This document shows, piece after piece, positions 53,070 to 64,000 of a DNA stretch of 64,000 bases (positions are counted from its first letter, which is position 1; each line of letters opens with the position of its first letter). Origin of the DNA: an uncultured Erysipelotrichaceae bacterium. GTDB lineage: Bacteria; Bacillota_I; Bacilli_A; Erysipelotrichales; Erysipelotrichaceae. The stretch covers positions 14,191-78,190 of the forward strand of contig CAMVGT010000006.1 in NCBI GenBank assembly GCA_947167125.1, written 5' to 3'. The notes below the pieces were generated by a model that was not told the origin of the DNA, did not search any database, and worked only from the letters and a program-made list of their open reading frames with translations. A program made the translations under genes and the position numbers.

Positions 53070-54215
53070 ATGGCAGAAAAAAGAGATTATTATGAGGTAC
53101 TCGGGATCTCAAAAGGCGCGAGCGAAGATGAAATAAAGAAAGCCTACCGCTCTCTTGCCAAAAAGTATCACCCGGATATTAACAAGGCTCCCGATGCGGC
53201 GGATAAATTCAAGGAAATCAATGAAGCATACGAAGTGCTTTCGGATCCCAATAAACGGGCGACCTATGACCAGTTCGGATTTGCCGGAATGGACGGCTCC
53301 CAGGCAGGAGGCGGTTTCGGCGGCTTCTCGCAGGGATTCGGATCCATGGATGATCTGAATGATATTTTCTCATCCTTCTTCGGCGGCGGCATGGGCGGAT
53401 TCTCGTCCTCATCCCGTTCCCGCCAGAGAAGCGGTCCCCAGCGCGGCAGCGACCGCATGATGCGGATGAAGATTTCCTTTATGGACGCATGCTTCGGAAA
53501 GACAGAAACCATCAATGTCGATCTGGATGAAACATGTTCCGCGTGCGGCGGCAGCGGCGCGGCTTCTCCTTCGGATGTGGAAACCTGTTCCACCTGCCGG
53601 GGAAGCGGCACGGTTGTCACCCAGCAGCGCACCGCATTTGGTGTTTTCCAGACCCAGGGGGTATGTCCTGACTGCAAAGGCACCGGCAAGAGGATCCGCA
53701 AGATCTGTCCCAAGTGCAAAGGCCAGGGCTACAATCGCAGACGTGTTGACAAGGAAATCCGGATTCCTTCGGGAATTGCGGACGGCCAGCAGCTGCGTGT
53801 GCAGGGTTTGGGTGAGCGCGGTATCAACGGCGGCCCGAACGGCGACCTCTATATTGAAATCAATGTCGAACCGCATCCGCAGTTTGAAAGAGACGGCAGA
53901 AATATTTATCTCGAAATCCCGATTTCCGCAGTTGACGCGACAATCGGTACAACCATTGACGTTCCGACCATCCATGGCGATGTGTCAATGAAGATTCCGG
54001 CCGGCACACAGAACGGCAGACAGTTCCGTCTGAAAGGAAAAGGCATCGAAGAATCCCGCACAGGCAGACAGGGCGACCAGATCTGCATTGTGACAATCAA
54101 GGTTGACGATGACCTGTCCAGAAGGGAAAAGGAACTGTATAAGGAACTGCAGGAACTTCAGGGCAAACGGGCAGGAGAAAGCATCTGGACCAGATTCAAG
54201 AAGAGCTTCTCCTGA
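53070..54215 (+). CDS. dnaJ: Chaperone DnaJ
   Basis: J-domain HPD, G/F region, four CxxCxGxG repeats. Confidence 0.98.
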   Translation: MAEKRDYYEVLGISKGASEDEIKKAYRSLAKKYHPDINKAPDAADKFKEINEAYEVLSDPNKRATYDQFGFAGMDGSQAGGGFGGFSQGFGSMDDLNDIFSSFFGGGMGGFSSSSRSRQRSGPQRGSDRMMRMKISFMDACFGKTETINVDLDETCSACGGSGAASPSDVETCSTCRGSGTVVTQQRTAFGVFQTQGVCPDCKGTGKRIRKICPKCKGQGYNRRRVDKEIRIPSGIADGQQLRVQGLGERGINGGPNGDLYIEINVEPHPQFERDGRNIYLEIPISAVDATIGTTIDVPTIHGDVSMKIPAGTQNGRQFRLKGKGIEESRTGRQGDQICIVTIKVDDDLSRREKELYKELQELQGKRAGESIWTRFKKSFS

Positions 54216-54247
54216 GAATATAAGTCTGCCGCAAAGGAGGCTTGTAT

Positions 54248-56803
<2,556 letters not shown>

Positions 56804-56806
56804 AAC

Positions 56807-56846
56807 AAAAGAAAATGTATCCTGATCATCAGGATACATTTTTTTT
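56807..56846. terminator. Bidirectional terminator after clpB
   Basis: AAAATGTATCCTGA-tca-TCAGGATACATTTT. Confidence 0.88.
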
Positions 56847-56851
56847 GCGTT

Positions 56852-57217
56852 TTATTTGTCAAGCAGATCATCAAGATCGGGGAAATCAAACAGATTTTTA
56901 TCAACCAGCTGATCAAGCTGTTCTTCCAGCGAAAGTTCTTCGGTTCTTTCGTAATTCTTCCGGGTGGAAATCGGTTCATCAAATCCGAGGATCGGAATCT
57001 TGGTCGTATCTTCACGGGGAGGGAGGGTGACTGAGCGGATCCGGCTGATTTCAATCTCCGTCTGCAGGAGACCGTTGATCAGTCTCACGCGTTCGGTTTG
57101 CTCCGGAGCGTTTTTAAAATCAGAAGGATTCGCGATGTAACCCGAATCGATTGTACCGTCGTCAAGCCTGACGGATATAAATTTTGTCAGATAGGGAATG
57201 AGATCTTCCGCTTTCAT
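56852..57217 (-). CDS. Hypothetical protein, possible Sm/LSm-like fold with acidic tail
   Basis: SD AAGGAG. Pattern ISVRLDDG..DSGYI...VRL....EIEISRIRSV. Confidence 0.7.
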   Translation of the reverse strand: MKAEDLIPYLTKFISVRLDDGTIDSGYIANPSDFKNAPEQTERVRLINGLLQTEIEISRIRSVTLPPREDTTKIPILGFDEPISTRKNYERTEELSLEEQLDQLVDKNLFDFPDLDDLLDK

Positions 57218-57238
57218 TGAAACGCTCCTTATTCCTAT

Positions 57239-58108
57239 TTATTTTACTTCATCAAAAGCGGATTGGCCATCATTTTGAAGCAGATGCTTCGCAATCCATT
57301 TTGCGGCACCGTCTTCCGTATATTCTTCTTCAGTAATATAGACTGCTTTCTTTTTGACCGAGGGCATCGCGTTTTTCATCGCGACGGATATTCCGGCAGT
57401 CTCCAGCATCGGAATATCATTCTCCCCATCACCGATCGCCGCCGTCTCATCAGCATCGATTTCACAGAGATCCATGACGGTTTTCAGACCGGTCCCTTTA
57501 TCAATGCCGTAAGGCTGCACCTCAAGCCATGTCGGATTGACAAAAAAGAAGGAGAAGGCGGAAGGATCCAGAGAATCCGCAATCTTTTTCAAAGAGGAGG
57601 GAACACCGGTGAAACAGATCTTATAGATCGTATGATTATAAATCTGCTGATAATCCGAATGCATATCGTCATGCCATAAATGTCTGCCCAGCAGCAGTCT
57701 AGCCATGTTTTTCAATGTCTGAAATGCCCAGACACTGAAATGATGCCGTTTGGAACAGAAATAATGAAAGCAGTCTTCATAGGAACATCCGATCATGACA
57801 TTGTATTTTTCCAGATACGGAATCAATGTGCGGATTTCCTGCGGCGTCAAAGCGCGTTCTTCCTTGATCACAGTGCCGTCGTTTCGATAGATGGACTGTC
57901 CGTTGCGGCAGATTGCGTAATCATAAAATTCTTTCGGGAATTCTCTTTCAACCGAATAAAAGGGACGGCCTGTGCAGACAGCGATTAAAATGCCCTCATC
58001 ACGTGCCTTTTTCAATATTTCAGCGCTGTAAGCAGAGAGGGTCCCGTGTCTTGAGAAGATGGTGCCGTCGCAATCCAGCGCGATCAGTCTGATTCTGCTG
58101 TTTTTCAT
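57239..58108 (-). CDS. Cof-type HAD hydrolase
   Basis: LIALDCDGTI, CTGR, DKGTGL, AIGDGENDIPML. Confidence 0.93.
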   Translation of the reverse strand: MKNSRIRLIALDCDGTIFSRHGTLSAYSAEILKKARDEGILIAVCTGRPFYSVEREFPKEFYDYAICRNGQSIYRNDGTVIKEERALTPQEIRTLIPYLEKYNVMIGCSYEDCFHYFCSKRHHFSVWAFQTLKNMARLLLGRHLWHDDMHSDYQQIYNHTIYKICFTGVPSSLKKIADSLDPSAFSFFFVNPTWLEVQPYGIDKGTGLKTVMDLCEIDADETAAIGDGENDIPMLETAGISVAMKNAMPSVKKKAVYITEEEYTEDGAAKWIAKHLLQNDGQSAFDEVK

Positions 58109-58196
58109 CCCAACAATTTTATTGTCATATCTGAAGAAATACAACAACACGTGGTATAATATTCTCCGTTACACAAATCAGTGAGGTTATTTTTCT

Positions 58197-58700
58197 ATGA
58201 ATATGTATCTGAATATTGCCATCGGCACAGTATTTACCGTTTTCGGTGTTATCATGTTGGTCAGATGGATGAAGATCCACAAATACATCATGATTCAGGA
58301 CCAGCAGTGGGGCTATCTGAGAATCATGGTATTGATTCTCGGTATCCTTTCCATGATCACTCTTGTCACCAATACTGCCACCAATACAGCGTGGGATTAT
58401 TTCCGTATTGCGGCCACATTGATCGCGGTTACCGCATTCATGGCTGTTCATGACGGTGTCGGTGAAGAAGGCATGGTTTCCGGCGGCAAATTCTATCCGT
58501 GGAGCGAAGTCAGAAGCTACGACTATAAAGAAGAAAAAAATCATACAGCTGTTTATTTCACCGTTGAGTCCCAGAATGAAAAGAAGCCGGATGAATATAC
58601 AACCAAAGAACTCGACTTCTCCAATCAGGATAAGGAAGTCCTGATCAAATTCCTGAAGCTGAACCTCGGCCGCAAATATACAAGAATGAAGAAAAAGTAA
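58197..58700 (+). CDS. Membrane protein with C-terminal PH-like (DUF5673-like) domain
   Basis: Three TM helices then GVGEEGMVSGGKFYPWSEVRSY. Confidence 0.65.
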   Translation: MNMYLNIAIGTVFTVFGVIMLVRWMKIHKYIMIQDQQWGYLRIMVLILGILSMITLVTNTATNTAWDYFRIAATLIAVTAFMAVHDGVGEEGMVSGGKFYPWSEVRSYDYKEEKNHTAVYFTVESQNEKKPDEYTTKELDFSNQDKEVLIKFLKLNLGRKYTRMKKK

Positions 58701-58742
58701 GAAGGATGGAGAAATCCATCTTTTTTCAAAAAGGAGACATAT

Positions 58743-59066
58743 ATGATCAGCGATCAGACAATTGAAAGAATCCGGAAGTTCACGGACGACCGCGACTGGC
58801 AGCAGTTCCATACACCGGTCAACCTTGCCAAATCCATCGCAATTGAAGCCTCCGAACTGCTGGAATGTTTCCAATGGAGCGATACGGATTACAATGAGGC
58901 GCATGTCAAGGAAGAACTTGCGGATGTATTGAATTACTGCCTGCAGATGGCGGATGTGCTTGGCGTGGATGCCGATGAAATCATCAATGCCAAATGCGAT
59001 CTCAACGAAAAGAAATATCCTGTTGAAAAGGCAAAGGGCAAAGCCGATAAATATACAGAACTCTGA
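58743..59066 (+). CDS. MazG-like nucleotide pyrophosphohydrolase (dCTPase/RS21-C6 type)
   Basis: RDWQQFHTP.NLA.SI.IEASELLECFQW, EELADV, NEKKYP. Confidence 0.88.
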   Translation: MISDQTIERIRKFTDDRDWQQFHTPVNLAKSIAIEASELLECFQWSDTDYNEAHVKEELADVLNYCLQMADVLGVDADEIINAKCDLNEKKYPVEKAKGKADKYTEL

Positions 59067-59090
59067 AACCGGGAAACCGGTTTTTCTTTT
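59066..59090 (+). terminator. Terminator after MazG-like gene
   Basis: AAACCGG-gaaa-CCGGTTT followed by T-run, abutting the stop codon. Confidence 0.8.
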
Positions 59091-59100
59091 CGGAATAGTA

Positions 59101-59129
59101 TTGACGGTCAGTCAATGCAGGCATATCAT
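59101..59129 (+). promoter_or_regulatory. Promoter of NAD salvage operon
   Basis: TTGACG 59101-59106, 17 nt, TATCAT 59124-59129. Confidence 0.7.
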
Positions 59130-59131
59130 AG

Positions 59132-59152
59132 ATATAGTCAAAATGACTATAT
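59132..59152. promoter_or_regulatory. NrtR operator
   Basis: Perfect 21-bp palindrome ATATAGTCA-aaa-TGACTATAT over the transcription start, upstream of nrtR. Confidence 0.85.
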
Positions 59153-59164
59153 GGAGCAGAAAAA

Positions 59165-60028
59165 ATGGAACTTCTCAATGAAAAGGGACAGAACCTGGAA
59201 CAGTTTCTCGCTGAATATGATGAGACAAAGTTCCGGCGGCCGTCCAACACTGTCGATATGATTCTGATGACGGTTTCCCAGGCAAAGCTGAAGCTGCTTC
59301 TCATACGGCGCAAAGATCATCCGTTTATCTATGACTGGGCGCTTCCCGGCGGATTTGTCAACTTTGATGAGGATCTGGAAACCGCTGTTTCAAGGGAACT
59401 GGCAGAAGAGACAAACATCACAAAGGATACCTATTTCCGCCAGCTTTACACATTCGGCAAAAGCGACCGCGATCCCCGCACGCGCATCATTACAACAGCT
59501 TATCTTTCGATGACACCGGAAGAAAACATCCGTCATACAAGAGCAGGTGATGATGCGGCAGATGCCGGATGGTTCACAGTATCCAAGAAAATCATCGACA
59601 CGGATACGGACTGCAGGAAATCGCAGGTGATACTGGAATGCGAAGACAACTGCGTCAGGATGGTCTATGACGTGCTGGATCAGGTCAATTCCAATTATGT
59701 GCAGACCGATTCGGTTCTCAATGAAGCAGAATCGAACGCAAAGCTTGCGGCCGATCACATCAAAGCGATCAACATGGCAATGGACCAGGTGCAGCACAGG
59801 GCCGCATCCACCGGCATTCTCTTCAATCTGCTGCCTGAAGAATTCACCCTCCGGGAAGTGCAGAATGTCTATGAAGCTGTCATCGGACGCAAAACTGATA
59901 CCGGCAACTTCCGAAGGGATATCCGGAAGATGCTGAAGGAAACAGGAAAAAAGAAAAAAGTCAGCGGCAAATATGCTGCCCTGTACAGTTTCAATCCGCT
60001 GTACAGCTATATGGAGGAAAATCTGTGA
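59165..60028 (+). CDS. nrtR: NrtR Nudix-wHTH NAD regulator
   Basis: Nudix box WALPGGFV..DE.LE.AV.REL.EET, RDPR.R; C-terminal FTLREVQ.VYE...GNFRR wHTH. Confidence 0.88.
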   Translation: MELLNEKGQNLEQFLAEYDETKFRRPSNTVDMILMTVSQAKLKLLLIRRKDHPFIYDWALPGGFVNFDEDLETAVSRELAEETNITKDTYFRQLYTFGKSDRDPRTRIITTAYLSMTPEENIRHTRAGDDAADAGWFTVSKKIIDTDTDCRKSQVILECEDNCVRMVYDVLDQVNSNYVQTDSVLNEAESNAKLAADHIKAINMAMDQVQHRAASTGILFNLLPEEFTLREVQNVYEAVIGRKTDTGNFRRDIRKMLKETGKKKKVSGKYAALYSFNPLYSYMEENL

Positions 60029-60543
60029 AAAACGTACTGATTGTTGTGGACATGCAGAATGATTTCATCGACATGTCCTTAGGAACAGCCGAAGCATTAA
60101 AAACCATTGAACCGGTCTGTGATCTGATCCGCAATGAAGAATTTGATACCGTGATCGCAACCATGGACACCCATCCGGAAAACTATCTGGATACATTTGA
60201 AGGAAAGCATCTTCCGGTCGAACACTGCATCAAAGGCACAATCGGATGGCAGATCAATGAAAAAGTAAAGAAGGCATTGGAAGAAAGAAATGCAATGATC
60301 ATCGAAAAGCCGACCTTCGGCAGTGAAGAGCTTGCTGAACTGCTGAAAAAGGAACAGCCGGAAACAGTGACCTTCTGCGGTTTATGTACCGATATCTGTG
60401 TGATTTCCAATGCCATGCTTGTCAAGGCAGCATTAATGGAAACACCGTTATATGTTTATGAAAAGGCATGCGCAGGCGTCACACCGGAAAAACACAAAGC
60501 AGCACTTGAAGTTATGGCATCATGCCAGATTGAAATCAGATAA
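60025..60543 (+). CDS. pncA: Nicotinamidase
   Basis: LIVVDMQNDFI, DTH, HCIKGT.GW, GLCTDICV.SNA. Confidence 0.88.
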   Translation: MKNVLIVVDMQNDFIDMSLGTAEALKTIEPVCDLIRNEEFDTVIATMDTHPENYLDTFEGKHLPVEHCIKGTIGWQINEKVKKALEERNAMIIEKPTFGSEELAELLKKEQPETVTFCGLCTDICVISNAMLVKAALMETPLYVYEKACAGVTPEKHKAALEVMASCQIEIR

Positions 60544-60557
60544 GGAGAAAAACGATT

Positions 60558-62075
60558 ATGAGCGAAATCAGAGTGGAACCGTATCTTCCCGATGAAGATT
60601 ATGACAACCCGGCAATGGTGACCGACTTCTATGAATTCACTATGGCCAACGCCCTGTTTGAAAAGGGCTTCAAGGATACCGTCATGGTATTCGATATGTT
60701 CTTCCGCAAGAATCCGGACGACCTCGGCTATTCGATCAGCTGCGGCCAGAGAAAGCTTGTCCGCTTCCTGCAGAATTATCATTTCACCGACAGGGATGTG
60801 AAATGGCTCCGTTATAAAGGCATGAGCGAAGCATTCTGCGAATACCTGCGCACCTACAAATGGAAGGGCGATGTATACATGATGAAGGAAGGAACCGTTG
60901 CCTATCCGCAGGTTCCGATGATCCGTGTTGAATGCGATATGGTCGGCGCGATCCTGATTGAAACCTATCTGCTGCAGACCATCAACTTCCATTCCCTGAT
61001 TGCCACAAAGGCAACCAGAATCACCGGTCTCAACATCCACAGACCCCGCAATGTCATGGAATTCGGCACCAGAAGAGCACAGGGCGAATCCGCCGGCAAT
61101 GACGGCGCATATGCCGCGATTCTCGGCGGCTGCATCGGCACTGCCAACTGCCTTGCGGAAATGAGATACGGTTCCAGCGTCAAGGCGGTAGGTACAATCG
61201 CCCACAGCTTCATTGAATTCTTCCCGACTGAATATGATGCATTCAAGGCATATGCCGATATCTATCCCGACAATGTTTCCTTATTGCTGGATACCTACAG
61301 CATCTTTGAAAGCGGTCTGCCCAACCTGATCAAGATCGATGATTATCTGGCAGAAAAATATCCGGACAACCCCAACCGCAGAGTCAAGAGCGCAAGAATC
61401 GATTCCGGTGACCTTGCAAGAGGCTACAAGAGACTCAGAAAAGCATTGGATAAGGCAGGCAAGCCGTATATCAAGCTGGTCGCTTCCAACTCGCTGGATG
61501 AAAAGAAGATGATCAATATGGAAATCTATGAAGGTGCACACTTCGATTCCTATGGCGTCGGCGAAAACCTGATCACCAGCGCTTCCGATCCGGTATTCGG
61601 CGGTGTTTATAAACTGGTCGCTGTCAAAGAAGCGGACGGCACCTATACTCCGAAGATGAAATGTTCCGATTCTGTTTCCAAAGCAATCATCCCGGGCAAG
61701 CTGATGGCATGGAGACTGTTTGATGAAGAAGGAAAGGGACAGTGCGATATCATTGCCCTGGATGAAGAAGAATTCCATGACGGCGATGACATCGAAGTCA
61801 TCAACCTCGATCCGGACGCATATCATGCAAGAAGAGTTGTTCATGCATATCACATTGAAAAGCTCCTTGTGCCGCATCTGCTGAACGGCGAACTGGCAAT
61901 TGAGCTTCCTGATATCGAAACAAAGAAGGACTACATCCGCGATCAGATTGAAAACCGTGTATGGGAATCCGAACTGCGTCCGGAAATGCCCCATCAGCAC
62001 TATGTCGACCTGACAATCAAAGTCGCTGATCTGCGTTCCAAGATGTATGAAAAACTCCATGGAGGCAGAATTTGA
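60558..62075 (+). CDS. pncB: Nicotinate phosphoribosyltransferase
   Basis: TDFYEFTM, EFGTRRAQG, GTIAHSF, LLDTY, RIDSGDL, GGVYKL. Confidence 0.95.
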   Translation: MSEIRVEPYLPDEDYDNPAMVTDFYEFTMANALFEKGFKDTVMVFDMFFRKNPDDLGYSISCGQRKLVRFLQNYHFTDRDVKWLRYKGMSEAFCEYLRTYKWKGDVYMMKEGTVAYPQVPMIRVECDMVGAILIETYLLQTINFHSLIATKATRITGLNIHRPRNVMEFGTRRAQGESAGNDGAYAAILGGCIGTANCLAEMRYGSSVKAVGTIAHSFIEFFPTEYDAFKAYADIYPDNVSLLLDTYSIFESGLPNLIKIDDYLAEKYPDNPNRRVKSARIDSGDLARGYKRLRKALDKAGKPYIKLVASNSLDEKKMINMEIYEGAHFDSYGVGENLITSASDPVFGGVYKLVAVKEADGTYTPKMKCSDSVSKAIIPGKLMAWRLFDEEGKGQCDIIALDEEEFHDGDDIEVINLDPDAYHARRVVHAYHIEKLLVPHLLNGELAIELPDIETKKDYIRDQIENRVWESELRPEMPHQHYVDLTIKVADLRSKMYEKLHGGRI

Positions 62076-62686
62076 GAGCACTCGTCTACGGCGGCGCCTT
62101 CAATCCTCCGACAAAAGCGCATATTGAACTGGCAGATTTCTCAAGAAAGGAAGCCGGGTTTGAAAAGGTGATCTTTGTGCCTTCCAAGATGCGCTATATC
62201 CAGGATGATCAGAAGAAGGATTTTGCCTTTAAAGATGAAGAGCGCCTTGCGATGCTGAGAAAGATTGCCGACTCAAGAGACTGGATGGAAGTCAGCGATT
62301 ATGAGCTGCTGTCCAAAGAACAGCCGAGAACCTATTTCACGTTATGCCATTTAAGGGAAATGGGCTGTGAATGTTCACTGCTGTTTGGCTCTGACAAGCT
62401 GGCGGAACTGGAAACCGTCTGGCAGCACGTTGATGATATCGCCCATGAATTCGGCATCTACTGCATGGAGCGCTATGAAGATGACTGCGAAGCGATGATG
62501 AAAAACGATCCGTATCTTCAGAAGCTGATTCCCTATGTCACCATCATTCATACACCGTCCGATTTCCGAAGCGTCTCTTCCACCCAGGTAAGAAAGCTGT
62601 ATCTTGAGGCGGTGAACAATCTCAATGAAATCGCGGATCTGATTCCGGAAGAACTCGACGGTTTAAGGGATTACATCTGCGCATAG
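62072..62686 (+). CDS. nadD: Nicotinate/nicotinamide mononucleotide adenylyltransferase (TTG start)
   Basis: GGAFNPPTKAH, LLFGSD, VSSTQVR; position in the NAD operon. Confidence 0.88.
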   Translation: MRALVYGGAFNPPTKAHIELADFSRKEAGFEKVIFVPSKMRYIQDDQKKDFAFKDEERLAMLRKIADSRDWMEVSDYELLSKEQPRTYFTLCHLREMGCECSLLFGSDKLAELETVWQHVDDIAHEFGIYCMERYEDDCEAMMKNDPYLQKLIPYVTIIHTPSDFRSVSSTQVRKLYLEAVNNLNEIADLIPEELDGLRDYICA

Positions 62687-62696
62687 GAAGAATGAA

Positions 62697-64000
62697 ATGA
62701 AAAACACACTGATCAAGACAGCGGCCTGCGTTCCTGTCATGAAACCGGCCGATCCTGTCTTCAATACGGATGAAATCATCCGCCTGATGAATGAACATGA
62801 AGACTGCGGTCTGATTGTATTTCCTGAGCTCTGCGTAACCGGCTATACATGCGCTGACCTCTTCAATCAGAAAACACTTCTTGATGAAGCGCTTGTTCAG
62901 CTTCAGAGAATCGCAGAGAATACAGAGAAAACCGGTAATACGGTCATCGTCGGCATTCCGCTCAGATGGCGCAATGAGCTTTACAACTGCGCTGCAGCTG
63001 TTTCAGACGGAAAGATCAAAGGAATCATTCCCAAAATCCATATTCCGACCTACAGCGAATTCTATGAAAGCCGCTGGTTCACTTCCGGAAGAAAAATCAG
63101 GAATCAGACCGTGACAATCGGAGCTCATGAAATTCCTTTCGGATGGGATCTTCTGTTTGAGGATGCTGTTTCTGGTGCAGTCATCGGCGCTGAAATCTGC
63201 GAAGATCTCTGGGTTCCGGATACACCGGGCACACATGCATGCCTTGCCGGAGCGAATATCATCGTCAACCCGTCAGCTTCCGATGAAGTCATCGGCAAGC
63301 AGGATTATCGAAGAACCATGGTTTCTTCCAAATCCGCTTCCTGCTATTGCGAATATGTATATGTATCCGCCGGCATGTGCGAATCCTCAACCGATCTTGT
63401 CTTCGGCGGACATACCCTCATCGCGGAAAACGGAACCATTCTCAATGATTCCATCTTCCCGGAAATGAGCCATACCGAAACAGCGCTTCTGGATCTTGAA
63501 AAATGCATGTACAACCGCATGCACCAGAATACATTTGTGACGGATGATGAAGAAACATACAGAAGAATTCCGGTTTCCTGCAAAGCTGCAGGATGCGAAG
63601 AAATCACATCGAAGCAGCTGAAGGAACTCTTCCTGAAAGAAAACTATTTCATTCCCCGCAATCCGTTTGTGCCGGCGGATGATGATGAAAGAGGCAGAAG
63701 ATGCCGCAAAATCCTGCAGATCCAGGCAAACGGCCTTGCGACAAGAGTCAGGGCAACAGGAATCAGAACGCTTGTGATCGGAATCTCCGGCGGTCTTGAC
63801 AGCACGCTTGCACTCATTGTCTGCCATGAAGCCAAAAAGCTGGTTCCCGATATCCGTGTGATCGGCTATACCATGCCCAATGAAGGCAACACAACATCTC
63901 TGACATACAACAATGCACTGGGCCTGATGAGAGCCCTCGGCGTGGAAATCCGCGAAGTCCCGATCGGCAAGGGCGTCGCTTCCCATCTTGCCGATATCGG
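62697..64000 (+). CDS. nadE: Glutamine-dependent NAD+ synthetase (3'-truncated by window edge)
   Basis: Missing from the ORF track. Read manually: MKNTLIKTAACVP..., VFPELCVTGY, IPKIHIPTYSEFYE.RWF, EICEDLW, LVIGISGGLDSTLAL. Confidence 0.93.
   Translation, partial: MKNTLIKTAACVPVMKPADPVFNTDEIIRLMNEHEDCGLIVFPELCVTGYTCADLFNQKTLLDEALVQLQRIAENTEKTGNTVIVGIPLRWRNELYNCAAAVSDGKIKGIIPKIHIPTYSEFYESRWFTSGRKIRNQTVTIGAHEIPFGWDLLFEDAVSGAVIGAEICEDLWVPDTPGTHACLAGANIIVNPSASDEVIGKQDYRRTMVSSKSASCYCEYVYVSAGMCESSTDLVFGGHTLIAENGTILNDSIFPEMSHTETALLDLEKCMYNRMHQNTFVTDDEETYRRIPVSCKAAGCEEITSKQLKELFLKENYFIPRNPFVPADDDERGRRCRKILQIQANGLATRVRATGIRTLVIGISGGLDSTLALIVCHEAKKLVPDIRVIGYTMPNEGNTTSLTYNNALGLMRALGVEIREVPIGKGVASHLADI

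Overview
A mostly housekeeping 64 kb chromosomal segment of an anaerobic Bacillota. Gene content and order suggest Erysipelotrichaceae (inference). It carries tldD-pmbA, lepB-rbgA-rnhB-dprA-topA-trmFO-xerC, a pyrC-K-D-F-E operon, a MarR gene, rpsB-tsf and pyrH-frr-uppS-cdsA-dxr-rseP with two insertions, an XRE-TPR regulator, nagA with a divergent mannose-type PTS, radC-AI-2E-lipoprotein-polA-mutM-coaE-dnaB-dnaI, pfkA-pyk, rnj, def, ftsW-rsmD-coaD, hrcA-grpE-dnaK-dnaJ-clpB and an NrtR-controlled NAD salvage operon running off the end. I saw no rRNA, tRNA, CRISPR array, transposase or prophage. Best leads: (1) an unannotated pyr leader with a promoter, a strong-SD 31-codon uORF, alternative RNA pairings and a terminator, with no PyrR gene or PyrR box visible; (2) a ZnuA-fold lipoprotein that has lost its metal-binding histidines and is coupled to an AI-2E permease; (3) a lipoprotein PSD-family gene broken by two in-frame stops; (4) a His/Met/Pro-insert MarR with two perfect operators; (5) an EIIB-less, divergent Man-PTS; (6) an Sm/LSm-like small protein; (7) several likely leaderless genes. 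All family and fold assignments come from motif recognition by eye, not database searches.
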